Assembly: GCA_965203295.1 (NCBI GenBank)
Contig: CBDBCZ010000017.1
Coordinates: 2,336,001-2,400,000 of the forward strand
Length of the DNA: 64,000 nt
Reading direction: 5' to 3'
Origin: Nitrospirales bacterium
Lineage (GTDB): Bacteria; Nitrospirota; Nitrospiria; Nitrospirales; UBA8639
Below, piece after piece: positions 49,948-64,000 of this stretch. The position numbers and the translations under genes were made by a program. Every line of letters starts with the position of its first letter. Within the stretch, counting starts at the first letter, position 1. The notes beneath the pieces were generated by a model. It worked only from the letters and a program-made list of their open reading frames with translations, was not told the DNA's origin and made no database searches.

Positions 49948-52207
49948 AGAGTCAGCATAGGCTTGGGCACATGAAAATAAAGCACACTTTGTTGATCTTG
50001 AACTGTTTCGTAATCTAAATATATGTGCTGTCAAAAATTCAGCTTCACCGAAATCTTGAGTGCCTGAGGGTGACTCTAATTATTCGAACAAAATAACATG
50101 TCTGCTGTTTGAATTCCAAAGGTTAATGATTGTTGCAGGAAACGTGGTGGGCGTTCAAATTATTTGCATATTTGTTTGAAACTAGATCTGAAAGAACACT
50201 TTTACAGCTCTAATTTGGTGAGTACAATCTTGGATTATTTTACAATGAGGTTTAAAAACGTAGCAGTGCCAGTATACAGAATGGTGAGCACAGACTTCTT
50301 CGTCCAAGTGTGCATGCACAATTTTACAGTAGCTATTATAGAGGCATATAACTTGCTATTATTTGCAAAAGGCAACTACAATGGTAGCCGACTTACCATA
50401 CGTGTTCCAATTAAAACTCAACAACGATCGATTTTTTTTTGCCACTTGATTCTGCTCACTATCGTAGAAATTTCCTTTTATGTTGTTTGCTTCATTGTCA
50501 GATGGGTACTTATATTTGTAGGTTAGTTTTGTTCATTTAACTCTTTGCCAGCCTAAAGTAGAAAAAAGCATGTATTAATGCCTGATGTAAAATACATAAT
50601 TCACAGAGAACTATATAGGGGAAAAAACATGAGAGTTAATTAACTAGAGTTTGTGGGAAGCCAGTACATGGGTGTTCAAATAATGGAGTAATAATTTCAG
50701 ATTGGCTGTTTGATATGTATATATGTGTGTTTCCCTTGAAGAAGGGGGGTTTTCGAATAATTAGATGGTTGGAATGATTAGAGTCACTACATAAACAGGA
50801 TTTTGGGTTTACTGGCTTTCCAAAGGCCTCCTTTTGAGTGAGTGTAGGCACTATGCAGACAAACAACAGAAAAGCCCTGCTACATTTCAGCTTGTCTTAT
50901 TGATGGGCAGGGATGCAATGAATATGGAGTCAGTGCAATTCACGTGAGAATCGAGTAAGGTCGCCAGTGACCCAAGTTTATGACATTGTAGTGAAATTGA
51001 ATTAATAAGCTGTAGGTTGTACTGACTTCTGGCATATGTCTTTCTCTCCAGTGAGCAGTGGCCACAAGGGGTCATAAATCTTGATGGAACGGGTGAGAGT
51101 ACTACCAGAAACATCATCCATGCTGAGGTACATACGTATGTAACTATGTTTGATGAGCTTATGCATACATTGTAGGTAAGGGTGTGAGTATGGGTATGGG
51201 CCAACCCCGGTACAGGTGAGGGTATACATGTTGTGGACAGAAATGTATTTTTATATAGTAGATGACGCAGTAAACACAATGTACAAATACTGTATAAATC
51301 CCATTAACGCCTGATACTGTAAACATAATCAGATCCTATTTATACTGTATGGTTAGCACCCAATGATGTCTGTATAAGTCAAGAACTAAGATCGAGCTTC
51401 AGGGAGATCCCCATTGTGAATGGTGATGTCATAGTGAGTAGAGTCTTTTATTATTATATGTAGCACAGTTTGCAGGGCCCTCCCCGAGCTTTTCACAATA
51501 TGTAATGAATAATGCCTGCCATCAGAACGGACAACATACAGCTCACAATTCTAGGCCACTGAACAGCACTAGAGGTTTACTAGACATATACAACAGTGCT
51601 ATTAATCTGTGATTGGTCTGATAGTTAGTCATTGCTTGGTATCTAGAAGTCTGCTGCTTAATTGATCAGTCACGCTCGAATCTGACATCAAATCAAAGCT
51701 TGGGAGCTCTTCTCGTCAGCTCTGCTGAGAGTTCAGTCTGAGTCTTCCCTACAAAGCTATACATGGTACACACTAACGTGTATTGTAAATTCCTGTGGGC
51801 ATTCGGTGATGAACTGCACATGCACATGGGCTACATGCTGTATACTTGTGTTCACCTCATTATTGTTGTTATCTAGGCTCTACTACTAATTGGACAGTGG
51901 ATGGAGGACACAGCTCACTTTGACACACAGACTGTCCTGAAGCAGTACAAGGTTAGTTGGTGTTGCACTACCAGTCCCTACTGAGAGTGTACAATGGCCT
52001 CATTGAGCTTTCACATGTACCAGTCTAAGACATATTAGCCAGCAGTTTCTAGAGTGTAACAGTTTACACACATGTTTGTGCTCGTGGCTATCTGAATTTA
52101 TCAGCGTGCTGTTTGTTAGGCAAGAGTCTGTGGATAATGTTTCCATGTCATATGTGGCCATGCTGGGTCATGTGCCAAGGCAGGATGAATAGGGATTCTT
52201 CCTTGTA

Positions 52208-52282
52208 GCAGTTTGGGAGTGAATTTGTTGAGTGAATTTCCCGAGCAGTTTGGGAGTGAATTTGTTGAGTGACTTTCCCGAG
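52208..52282 (+). repeat. Short (~37-bp) tandem duplication
   Basis: GCAGTTTGGGAGTGAATTTGTTGAGTGA(A/C)TTTCCCGAG twice. Confidence 0.85.
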
Positions 52283-54063
52283 TGTAGCAAAGGACGTAAA
52301 GGACTGCTAGTAGCTACATATACCACCTAAACATACAAATAACACTCATACATACACTCGTGCTCTTACTAGTACAGCACGTACCTGGATTCCTAGAAGA
52401 AAACATAGCGTGTAACTCAGCTGAGGGAAATTTGCCTATATGATATCTAGCCAATATTGAAGGTTTAGACAGTTGAAGATGGATAAGACACACGAAGGAG
52501 GCAGTTTGAGTTTTAATTGTTTATTTTTTTTTGCCAGCTGGGTGCATATGAGCGCACCTAGTACTAATCAAGACTGCTTTGCTTTTTCTATATTTGTCTG
52601 TCTGGTAGCTGTTGTTTGTGCGTCCACACTGCGCAAAATAATATACCACACGATACTATATGCACTTTCTGGAGGTTTATAGACCAAGCTGTAGCACGCG
52701 CGTGTACTTTAGTGTTGCCTATAGACAGTGAAAATGTGGTAGGCAGCCATGCTTCACCCATTATGCCACCTGGGTCCTCAGCAAGCACATCAGCACACTC
52801 TATCAGGGTAAGAGACACTATATATCAGGACTTTATATCCCATCTGTAAGGCACAATAAAATTTCAGGTGTAGGGATATACTATGTGGTGTAGTAGGCTT
52901 GGCTGTGGCTTCAACACTTTGAATCAATAGAACTGATTCTATTGCAGGTATGGTAATATATACCCTTGTGTATGCCATAATCCACTGTGTAGCTACTCTT
53001 AGACTGTAGCAGTACTTTTACCAGCCAGGCACACATGAAGCATGCGAACGGCTGGTCCTATTATTTCTTTATGTTTTCTGTGTTTGTTTGTCTGTCTGTT
53101 TGTGTGTCCACACTTATCACGTGCACAGCATTACATCACACGTTCCTATGTATCTGCAGTCTACTACTATTACGTACATGTGATACTGGCATGTTTTGGG
53201 GTTTGTAGGCTAAGCTACAGTAGATGAGTGTAGTTTTGTATTGCATAATGCTGAAAAAGTGGCAAGCAAACCTGCATATAGGAAGTGTTCAACTTTCTTT
53301 TAAGAGACTTACTCGTGTGTCTGGCAACTGCTTTGTGGTTCAAGGGCCTTAAAAAGACCACGTTCATTCTGGTGATGGGTACCATCGTAGCTAACAAGGT
53401 TCAGACACTAGGCAGATTGTGCATAGAAATACTTTCCCCCAAATGTATGAATGCAGACACTATTAAAAGCACCATTTATCGTACACTTTTGTTCTGCTGG
53501 CGCCACCATGTGAAATGTTCAATAACAAAATACACACACACAATTGTGAGGTCTTAGTACAGACTAAAAGTGAATTCTAAATATTCTGTGCCAGATATTT
53601 GTGCATGGGGCAGGGTCTCAGCATGCTAGGCTACATAGCAAAGTTAAAACCATATGTCACAATTTAAGCTTAAAAAATTTTTGTTTGAAAATGCTTGCCA
53701 CTTGATTTCTAGATCAGGTTTGTAATAGATTTAATTGCAGGATTGTGCAAACTTTTTTTGAGATTGTGCAAGCCTTGCCGTTGTGGCAAAAACTGAGTGA
53801 GAGACTTAGGAAATGCATATGCAGCTAGCCTGTGTGGAAATCATACCCATCTACATGTACACTCTTCATACTTGATCATCACAGGAATGTCAATATCACC
53901 CATCTGCACAACTTTATGGTTCCATTTATATGCATTGTGCATTGCAAGTACTTGCGCTTGTTTAACTCGCTTGCTGTGCTCACTCTATAATTATATAGAT
54001 AAAAAGGCAAACCGTTAACCTTAGTCTATGAGCGCTGCTATGTACGTACATTACGTACGTATA

Positions 54064-54660
54064 CCGTATAGTCGAAAAATTAAAGAATTAAATTTGGCGA
54101 AATCGCCAAAAATGGCTAAAATTAAATACCTGGCGAAATTTAAATTTGGTGATTGTGTGCGGTGAAGACTATGATGTAATCTTCAATTAATTTGGCAATT
54201 TATATTGGCGTATTACGTAATCCTAGGCGCACAACGTGCAACGCTGCTGAACATGTAAAGTTTTTTGTCACTGAACTTGACAATGGAGATGTTGGGTTTG
54301 CCGATCTTACTATCCACAAGCTTTGAGAAGTGTGTAGCGGCCTTTGTCGCTCCGTTGTCAGTGGCATACTTTCCAATTTGTACCCTTTCTTGCGTGTAAA
54401 TGTTGTACTTGCCTCGAGGTGACCGTGTGATAGGCTTCAAGTCTCCAGATAGAGAGCGCTTTACAGCTTTGTTCGCGAGTTCGATATCCTTCCCAGACAG
54501 AGAGGAAACACGTACGTGGAGTGGTAACAACAACTTCTTTCTTGTGAATGCGCATGTGGGTAATACGCATTATATAATGCATGAGAATTTAATTTGGCGA
54601 TTTTTAATGATTCGCCAAACCGCCAAATTAAAGTCCTCGCCAAATTTTCCGACTATACGG
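54064..54660. mobile_element. Second deletion derivative of the same pogo-like family
   Basis: TIR CCGTATAGTCG(A/G)AAA; TA flanks; minus ORF ..RGKYNIYTQERVQIGKYATDNGATKAATHFSKL; only ATGGAGATGTT of the HIRAN start is left. Confidence 0.85.
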
Positions 54661-55950
54661 TATGTGAGCTTTAATGTGACTCAAGCTTGTTCTTTATGGG
54701 ACTGCATGGGTTGAATGGGGTTGACTCACTTTTTCAAAAGCGCTTCACAAGCAGAAAGCAAGAATATCTTGTGTATTGAAAACAGACTTGGCCAAATCTG
54801 GACCAAACTTGTACTAGACTACATTTTTGTTATTTTGGCAGGAAAAAGCTACCTCACATTGGAAATTTGATAGATGTGAGTTAAACTGTATGTGTACAAC
54901 AGCTCATCCTATACTGTATCATGGAAGATATACTGTAGATCGGGATATTTTCATTGTTAATACATTTGTGTCGGTACCCTACGACGATGAAAATAAAAAA
55001 AAACGCTAATTTTTATGAACACCGAACATGACCAATAACGCTACACTTCTGGTGTGTCGAAGCGATAAAAATGAAGTTTAACAGTTGAAACTGCAGCGTT
55101 TACTGGTCAGATAGCTGCCTTGCTGTAGTACTAGAAGCTATGGAGTTACATAGCTAGCACTGGCAATCAACAACTGGAATAGTAAGAGAACGTACGTTTC
55201 TGTTCATAACTTTGTAGGAAATTAATGATTGTGAATTGATATGAGATAATGTTAACTGGTACATGCATATGTACATGTACATGTAGCCTAGGTCAATGGA
55301 AGTGGACTTACGTAGAGGGAGTGAATGGCAAAAACTAAAGTCTTGTCATCAACAATTTGTTTGGCACTATTATTCCTGATCAGAGCAGTGGAAAGGTTGG
55401 TTGGGCACAATACATGCTATTTAACTACATAGCAGAAGCTATATTGTTGGGGTGAGCCAGTACGATAATAGTGAATAACAAATGGTATTCTTGGTTTTCA
55501 CTGGTCGTTCTAATTGGTGAATTTTTTCCCCGCTGATGAGAGTGTTATTGTAGTCTCTGCCAAACGAATCAGGTTAGCTCATGACTACTGACTACATGCA
55601 AATTCAGCCACGTTGCAGTGAGCTCACTAACTTGGCAGGCCATATAATCTTACAGGACCAAACCATTTGCAATGGCCCACGAAACTATTCAGTCATGCGA
55701 GTAAGCTTGCTATCGTTGATAGACAAAATTAAGCAGCAATATGTGCATGCGTGCTCAATGTTTGATAGCAGACAATTAGTAGCCATGGGTGCATGGGTGG
55801 AATGGACATCACACAATTGCACCCCTGGCATAAAACCATTACGCATTGTTTTTGAGAGATACGTAATATACGTACATGTACAATGTCAGCATTCTAAGAC
55901 TCATTTAGGCATTTGCTCTTCCTGTCATCAAATTACTTTCCCCTACCCAG

Positions 55951-57223
55951 GTGAAAAGTGGAACAGTAATTGTCAGTTTACGCAAGATTAAGAAAGACAG
56001 ATGGCAGTTCCTTACCCACCGAGAAAAAAAAGCTAAAGGATGCCAAAGAGTATGTTGTGGTACATTATTACAGTGTGTGTGGGATTTATAGTGTGTGTGG
56101 GAATTAGAGCTGGCTCTACCTACAACTTTGACCTTTGGGAAGTTAGTTGCCCTTGAAAGTGTTCCTTGGCAGTTTCTGGGACACAACTTCCTACAGCCAA
56201 TAATGTAGGTTAGAGCCCTCATTTCCAGGCTCTAGCTATTCAAGTGGGCTGTGTACCTGTTGATACTAATGTGGTTTAACAACAACATAGAGAAGCAGAT
56301 TTAGATCTGTTCTGGAGTATAAGTACCCAAGTACCAAGCTACAATCCACCTCCTGAATCGTAGCACCCAAGCAAATAAAAGTACCCAATGAACCAGTGCA
56401 GCAATGTCTTCAGGGCCATAGATATACTGCAAACCAGTGATGACGGCACTAGGGTCTCGGTTGTGTAGGGATGTTATTACATTTTGACACATGATGCCAA
56501 CTGACCCCTGTTGTGCAAACAGAGTTTTCTGTGCATTTTTCAGTGCAGATTGTGTGGTGTACTTATAATCACAGGATACTTTTCAACGATGAAAAAAAAT
56601 ACAGTATTACAACAGCATGCACAATGAAACTGTTTTTGTCTTGACAGTTACTTTTGCAATTTTCGACTTACTGTACTCTGTGGCCGATGTAGTGCTGTTC
56701 TTATAGCCTCGTTCCCAGGCCCAGCTTTTTTTTCGCACGTAGTAAAATAAGTGTGCGAAAAAAAGCTGGGCAGAGCCTGGGAACGAGGCTACTGTTCTTA
56801 CACATGGGTGGTCTCTCTTCGCACCGTGAAGTGCATACTCACAAGGCAGTTCTATGTCCCCACGGATGGCCCGCTCCAAATAGAAGTACCCATACTTGTG
56901 CTCCAAAGTTTACGTTATTAGCATCTCTTTGATAAACTTTTTTACCTCTGTATGTTAGACTGTGCTGAAGCATGCCAGGTACTTCATATTTCAGCTTTTG
57001 CTCTAGAACACATAAACTGATTATTCAGTCAGCTTGTATTTAGTCATTGCAGTAAAAAAAAACCAAGGGAATCAAAGAAGATGACGTCGACCCTGGAGCA
57101 GGCCTGATGAACATGATGAAGCAGATGTATCAAGATGGTGATGTTGAACTGAAGAGAACCATTGCTAAGTCGTGGTACGAGTCCCAGCAGAATAGGATAG
57201 CAAAAGGCGAAGGTGAATTTTAA
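55951..57223 (+). pseudogene. CACYBP: Calcyclin-binding protein 3' fragment, copy B
   Basis: Exons 55951-56049 and 57053-57223 (DVDPGAGLMNMMKQMYQDGDVELKRTIAKSWYESQQNRIAKGEGEF*); splice sites intact; A-run indel; no 5' exons recognised. Confidence 0.8.
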
Positions 57224-58579
57224 ACTTGGAAGTTACTGCTTTAATCTGCAAGCTGCATGTTCTGATTCTACACCTTTTCTTGTGCAATGGAACATGAGCT
57301 GTTTAGTACAATAATTGCTGGATATGAACACATTGTATTATGCAACAGAATAAGTAGGACTTAATTGTACATCATTATATTATGCATGCCTTGCCATGAG
57401 CTGTTTATATAGTACACCAGTTCTCATAAAACTTGCAACAGCAAACTAGAAATGATAAAACCACTGACTGCTAGGGTAAATGCTTTGATTCAAGAAGTGA
57501 TCACCTTTCAGGAGAGGACTTCAAAGCCTAATTAATCACTCACCCACCCATTAGTGTAGTAGGCTTTACTTGCGAAGGTAGTGAAAACTGGCATAATCAT
57601 AATATGCCTAAGTCATAATGCCTCACTCTATATACTTAGACTATGGTATGCATAATCTACTTTGATTTTTTGACTTTAATGAGGTCTCTAAAATCCATTA
57701 GACCCCTCATCAAAAATTCATATTTCATATAGAGAAATTGAAAGCTGGAAACCATAGTCTAAGCTAGTTAGTGATCTCAGGCAGGTATCTTAGCTGTTTA
57801 GAGACCTTCAGGATGCTCCTATAATCACCTCGGGCAAAGGCAGACCACTGCGGGCATAGCCTAGTAACAGGCATTAAATATGCTACAAGCAAACTCACAA
57901 CCGCCAGAAGAATGTTGTTTTGCTACAAGCAAACCCACAAAAATGCTGTTCGAGAATAGAAGCACGTGTAGTCATGTAAAGAGCTAGAGCCCTACGTGCT
58001 ACCCCGTGACCCATTAAGGGGTGTGGTTTGCCACATCAAAAGCCTACTTCTAGAGCTATTCATGTACATGTAAACTCAACAGATGATATTTTTCCTATTG
58101 ATGTAGTGGTTCACTAAGTTAGCCTATACATTACTACTTTGAGAAGGATTTGTACCCAGGCTTCCTCTCCACCTCTTTTGTACAGTGCCTAAAAGCTGGG
58201 AGAGGAGCCTGCATGGATGAGTTTATGATAAATGGATTGGTTGCCTTATAGTGTCATAAATTTTTACAGCATTTAAATGTTGTGGGTTTGTAACTGGGTC
58301 AAGATAAGACTTTCTGGAGCCATAGTGATCACAAGGATAACAGTCTCATTTCCATGAATTAGCTATGACGATATTCTTAGCTGATTCAGTTTTACCAGCC
58401 AATGTACATTTAATAAGTATCCACGTTTGCAGTCCAGCTGTGAAAATCAAGGCTGTCAGGCAGCACATTGTATGACAATCAACTTGACTGCATGGCCTAG
58501 CTGGGAACAATATAATCCTTGTCCATTGTTTAACATCCAGTATTATTCTTCCCTCTCTCCTCCACACAGCCTCACTAAC

Positions 58580-59805
58580 CTGGTAGAAGTCTCTGTATGT
58601 CTCCATCTCGAGCTGTAATTAAGGCCGGCTCCCTGGTCCCCCATATGTTTCAAGCTGTGAGGAGAACTGCTCCACAGTGCCAACGAAATCTGGGTCATCA
58701 AACATCAGCCTGGAAGGGTCTGAAAAGAAAACAGCTTACAAAGTTGTAATTAAGAACAGTTGGCAACCCCCAAAAAAGAAAATGATACAAATGTATTTAA
58801 AGAACAACAGTGAAATCCCTCTATTGTGGACACCTTGGGGACATGGTATAGTGTCCTGTATAGATAGGTGTCCACATTTCAGGGGTAAATTCTTATTAAG
58901 ATGGGACATAGCAAAGTGTCCTCAATATAGAGGTGTCCATAATTCAGGGATGTCCTTTATGAGGGGATCCACTTAATCTATAAGGGGAGACAGTGACTAT
59001 AGTTTTTACTTGCGAGTTCTAAGGTTGATTCTGAAAACCGATTTTGAATTCTCTATTTGCTATAGCATTGTAAATTTTTTGAGGGTGGGGGGCTTCATAT
59101 ATGAGAATTTAATGTCCTGTATCACTTACTGCGATCCTTCTGCACACAAAATGCTCCGGGATTTGGACATGAACACGAGCGAAGAGAAGAGCGTAGGATG
59201 TCATCTGACTCGAGGCATACCTGGTCCCATGGGCTTTAGGGACAAACAGTGGAGCAGTACAGCAAATTCATAAGCAAATCTATTTGCCTGAAAACACATT
59301 ATTATAGTAGTATCAGCTATTTGTAATATCATCATTTAAACTGGGAAAGGTATATATGATCTAAATATCATGTTAAGTAAACAATGAAATTGAGGGGGTC
59401 TACATATTTACAGCCCTGTAATTACAAACCCTCAGGGCCTGTGGGTTTTAGATCCCTATAAGACATTTATACTAAATGGGTTCTCACAATAGCAACAATT
59501 AAGCTGGCTAACTGTGAGACGACTCTAATCTCGAGTTTTCCAGCCACCAACAACAGCTTCACTGTTGGAACCTAAATTCAGAAACTGAGTCACAGACTGA
59601 TCATGACATCATGGAGACCTATCTCAGCTGCTTTAGCACTACTAGCAGTGGCAAGTGGGCAATTGTGCTGCAAAATCGCTAAATTGTGCTAGAATTAGCG
59701 CTCTCAAATGTACGTAAGTCACCTGAAGATCCAAAGGAACTTTGTCCCGAAACTAGCTACCTGCAATACAACTAGGGCCAGGCCGCACCCACATACACCA
59801 TCCAT
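58580..59805 (-). pseudogene. Unidentified spliced gene fragment, copy B
   Basis: Paralog of 21991-23191, with an extra TAA in exon 3. Confidence 0.5.
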
Positions 59806-62800
59806 CACAACAGATGACCCGCCCCTTTGCCATCATCCAGGCGATAAACAATTAATGTTCCGTACCGATGCGCAACTTGTACTTGTCCGGTTACGCAACG
59901 CAACCCGACGCCGGTTGCGTAAAACCATATACATCTCCACGTGGTCGATCGAACTTGCAGACTACTAGAGACGGTATGCAGTGGCTTGCACTGTGTGGGC
60001 AACTCGAAATCTGGAAACAATTTAGTATGGATTTGTCTTTGGCCAGATCTGCGAGCAAGTGAGTCCTTAGATTTAGGGATTGGTACGACTTATTTCTGCA
60101 TGAACGTGCGCTCTCATCAGCTATCAATCCGTAATATTTCTTTGGCTGCACTATAATAAATCGTAGGTGGATGCAAAATAGTCTCGTTTCCAGACCCTCT
60201 GCGCGAACCCCACGGATTTCTCACGCGGATCCTTGGAGTGTTGAAAATTTCATCTGTACTTTAATAAGTATGATGTAATTTCCGTAAAAAAAAATTGCCA
60301 CCATGTGTTCATTTGTTTACGAGTCGGACAGCGCGTGGTTAGCCTGCATACACCATATGTGATATCTGTGGACGGGGGGTTATTCATGGTGATGCTGTGG
60401 TACTCCGTCCCTGCTTCCTGTGCAAAAGAGAGATTGCTAACTGCCGTGACTGCCGGACTCTTTATGGTGATGCCACCAAGCACTTCCTACCGGTGTACGC
60501 ACAATATTGGGACCCCCCAAAATGGGGACCCCCGGTCCCCATATCACTAGAGATGTGGGGACCGGGGTCCCCGAAATCTCTAGCGATATGGGGACCGAGG
60601 GGCCGCAAAGCGCTGGTGGTATGGAGATCCTTTATTACAAATTTATGTATCAATGTAAGTGTAGTGTACGTAAGAATTTTTTGTCACTTCTATATATGCA
60701 GTTGGCTAATTGAAGAGGTCATCCATTGTTTAGCTACATGATGGAAGAGTTTATTCACTTTGCCTCTGTTAGAGATATGTCAATGATTAGCTATTGTTCA
60801 TGTTGTAGTTGTAACCATGCTCAAAGATGCTTTAGGCCCTTTCCTGTTTTCTTGTACATAGACTTCTGACTCCTCATTTTCCCTTGTCCTTGCCACCTGT
60901 TCTTGTGCCACCTGTCTATGGAACATTCTAGAACTCTCTTCTTTTCTATATATAGTGTCTCTTTTTGCCACTGTGTAGTTGTTCAGTTGTTCAGTCTTCA
61001 CGATTACTATTGGAATGTTACTGAGAAGTTGGTGTACCTATCTACTCTGCGCATCGTTAATCTACTGAAAGCATGCGTCCCTGGCTAGTTCAACTAGTCA
61101 GCGTTTGACCCGAGAAAAAACTCTACAAGAACAGCCTCAGGTACGTGCTGTCGATACTTAAACCTTGCTCTGCGCTGGTTTACGCTTGTATATATGTACG
61201 TACGTATAGTGACTCATCTTGTGCTTGGATAAAGTGGGTACGTTGAGTCATACTCTATGTCGGGTTATGGCCGTTGCATAGTAAAAACATTGCATTTCCA
61301 AGTTTTGAAGACAAATTAGATATTTAATAATTGCATACGCATGTAACGTTACACCTGTTTGTGTACTAATGTTTGCTTGTTCGAGATGAACTCCTAATTC
61401 ACAATTATTTAAACCTTACAGTTAAAACCTTATGGTGTACCTCTACTGCAGCAGTGCTGGAAATCGTATCTATTGCAGCAGTAACTGTGCAGCACTTCTT
61501 GCATGTGTTGGTCAAGCCCTCAACTATTAGGTTATTGACATGAAGGGTATACGTGTACCTATAGCATGCTGGTCTTTTACTCTTTGTTCTTCAGACCTTG
61601 CCAAGCTAGACCAACAGTGGCTTGATAATGAGCTACAGTTCCCAGTCTACCTCTCTCACTTTCAATTCTCTTGGGGGAAGATGGACCAAGATGATGATTG
61701 CAGAAAGGTACACCAAAACCCTCTGTGTGTACTACTAAAGTTATAACTAAAGTGTAGTGAGCAGAATCAAGCCATAATTAAGATTTTATCTTTAATTGGA
61801 ATACAAATGGTAAGTCAGCTAATTAGCCACTTGCATGCTAATATGTATAGCTATTCTAATAAATATGCTTTCATTCTAAGGCTTGGCAAAAGAAGGGTAT
61901 ATTTACCTTGTATCATGCATTTGTAACGTGCTTCAGTGGGCGGATACTACGTGCATAAACATACCCCTTGCTGAAAGTTGACCCTGAAGAGGGGATTGTG
62001 TGCTAAATACGTGGCGGGCGCTTGATACGTATTCTACGTAACGTGTATAATGTACATGAGCTGACGTGTCGGAGGTGGTCTTAGAATTGTTCCCCCCTCC
62101 ACCTCCGCTGTAGGCTGATGGAGAAGCAGGCAGTGTACTATGGCCCTAGACCCACAGTTGTTGGAGGCCCACTCACCTGAACATGTGACTCTGCTGTTCC
62201 TGTCTGTCATGTGAGCCTGTTGTTACTCAGACCAATGAATCGTACGTGCTAGCGCTAGTGTTGATTTCTCACTATTTTGGGAGGTATATAGGTTTGTACC
62301 AGATCTCCATGCAGACCTTTTTTGCAACCATATGAACAAAACGAACATTATTCTGTCTCATTGATCGCATCACTGCATTTGAAATGTGATGTCTCTGAAC
62401 TTCCGTATATACACCGAAGGTTATACGCGGTGCGTGGTTGCATAGATAGTTGCTGCATTTATTGAGCCCCACAAGTATGACGCCTGTTCTCTATCACACA
62501 CGGTCTTTTTATTCACATAGATGTGGCATACAGTGTACATGTTATGTTATTATAATGCAGTAGATTGCACGAGGTGAGAAAATGCCAGCAGAGTGTTTAA
62601 GGGTAGCTACTGTAGTACAATCGTACTCTGTACAAGCAGTTGTTCGCAGAATGCATTTGGTTCTGGCCAAATTATTGACTCTGCTGGAGCAGGTACATTA
62701 ATTTCAGGTGCTGTCAATGCACACACACATCCATACATGGCCTTAATAGGCGTATTTTACTGCATGCCTCTGTGGTGGATTTGGTTAGGTGGGATCTTGT

Positions 62801-64000
62801 TAATGTTTGCATTCATTAATATACTTCAGCTGCCAGTTACATGTACATGTACTCTGCAGCTGCGTTCGACACATCTATTAATTGTATCACTTGTGCATAC
62901 ATGCATGGTATTCCATGCAAAGGGTCTCGGGAACTGCTGAGTGATATTACGTATGTATCAACACATTGCTAGGCTCTGCCCAGTGCAAGCTGCTTAGCAA
63001 CCATTGTCTTCCTGATCAGCCAGAATGACAGTTGTCACTGGACGTCCTGCCGCCCACTGATGCTCAATCCTTTCTTTGCTACCACTATTTTTGTATCATT
63101 GCACATGTAGCACTATTCACTGGCTATTAAAGAATGAAACTTTTGTTTCAATTTCAGTTAGCCAACTTAATTGAAAATAGAACACTGTTAGTATTAGTTT
63201 ACCATAATAAATGGGTTGATTTTGCTGAAAAAAAAACATAAGTTGTAGTTTATTCCCAGTACTTTTGAATTCTACATTAGTTTTAGTAATTAACTAAGTC
63301 TGTTTTGGTTCAACTAGACGACCTTTGTTTTCAGTTTCAGTTAACTAAATCATCACTACTACTTACCCCTATCCATGTGCAGAAGTAATTGCTCCACAAG
63401 CTCTTTCTCTTTATATTCAGATTGTATTCCTACAACATCGGTCATCCTAGATCACATACTGTGGCTTATTGGACTACAGTGGCTGCAGGTCAGTTTCTAT
63501 TATGTTAAATACAGGTTTTGTGAATGTCTGCTCAAGAATTAACTCATTGCACGTGACCATGATTTCACACGGGACTTTGCGTCATAAATTATTAAAGTGT
63601 ACTAAGCGTATTAGTGTAGCAATTGATTAACTTTTTCGCTAACCATGTCAAGCAAGTGGCAGATTCTCTGTTGTTTATTTTTTCAAACACTGTTGGCCAC
63701 AGCTATTCAGCACAAAAGGGCTGCTGATTGGACCATAAAAGCCTCTTCAGGATCGATCACAAGGTTCATGGTAATTTATATTTCCAATACAGCAATATTG
63801 AAAACGAAGTCTGTGCTCTCTAGCAGCAAAGCAAAACAGTCCAACTGACTCCCTGACTGTCTCCAGAAGCAAGATTGTCAAAGCTACCACTGGCACTGAC
63901 TCTAGTGTCCAATTAACTGTGTAATTAATTATGTAGCTTGCCATAGTTGGCGATCATTCATTGCCTGCCAATTTTGCCATGTATGGGGTTATTTTACGGT

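Larger units (their letters stand above)
55402..64000 (+). repeat. Segmental duplication, copy B (runs off the window)
   Basis: Matches 16757-19231, 21246-25415 and 28172-29650; carries an extra ~525 bp at ~61745-62269. Confidence 0.95.

Noticed and set aside
61745..62269. Transposon insertion in copy B
   Set aside because: No TIR or TSD seen; equally explained as a deletion in copy A.

Overview
Eukaryotic (invertebrate animal, probably sponge-like; taxon is inference) repeat-rich window that looks like a duplication and pseudogene graveyard. It holds a full-length single-ORF RT+restriction-like-endonuclease (CRE-type) non-LTR retrotransposon (765-4121, minus) inserted in a Helentron/HINE-like repeat, a ~92-bp satellite array, and a 4.96-kb IS630-Tc1-mariner-type transposon (36575-41537) with two convergent genes. 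It also holds many MITEs/HINEs, a solo LTR, two complementary decayed partial copies of ATR, two decayed CACYBP 3' fragments, and a large segmental duplication (16757-29650 vs 55402-64000). Most striking: the 5-kb transposon carries a HIRAN-domain gene with a Pol II CTD-like heptad tail. That HIRAN domain appears split by an in-frame internal inversion (37315-40733) that swapped the N-termini of the HIRAN gene and the transposase. A second, different TA-targeting transposon family (46916, 54064) keeps remnants of the same convergent HIRAN + transposase layout. All protein identifications are by motif recognition from memory, not database search.
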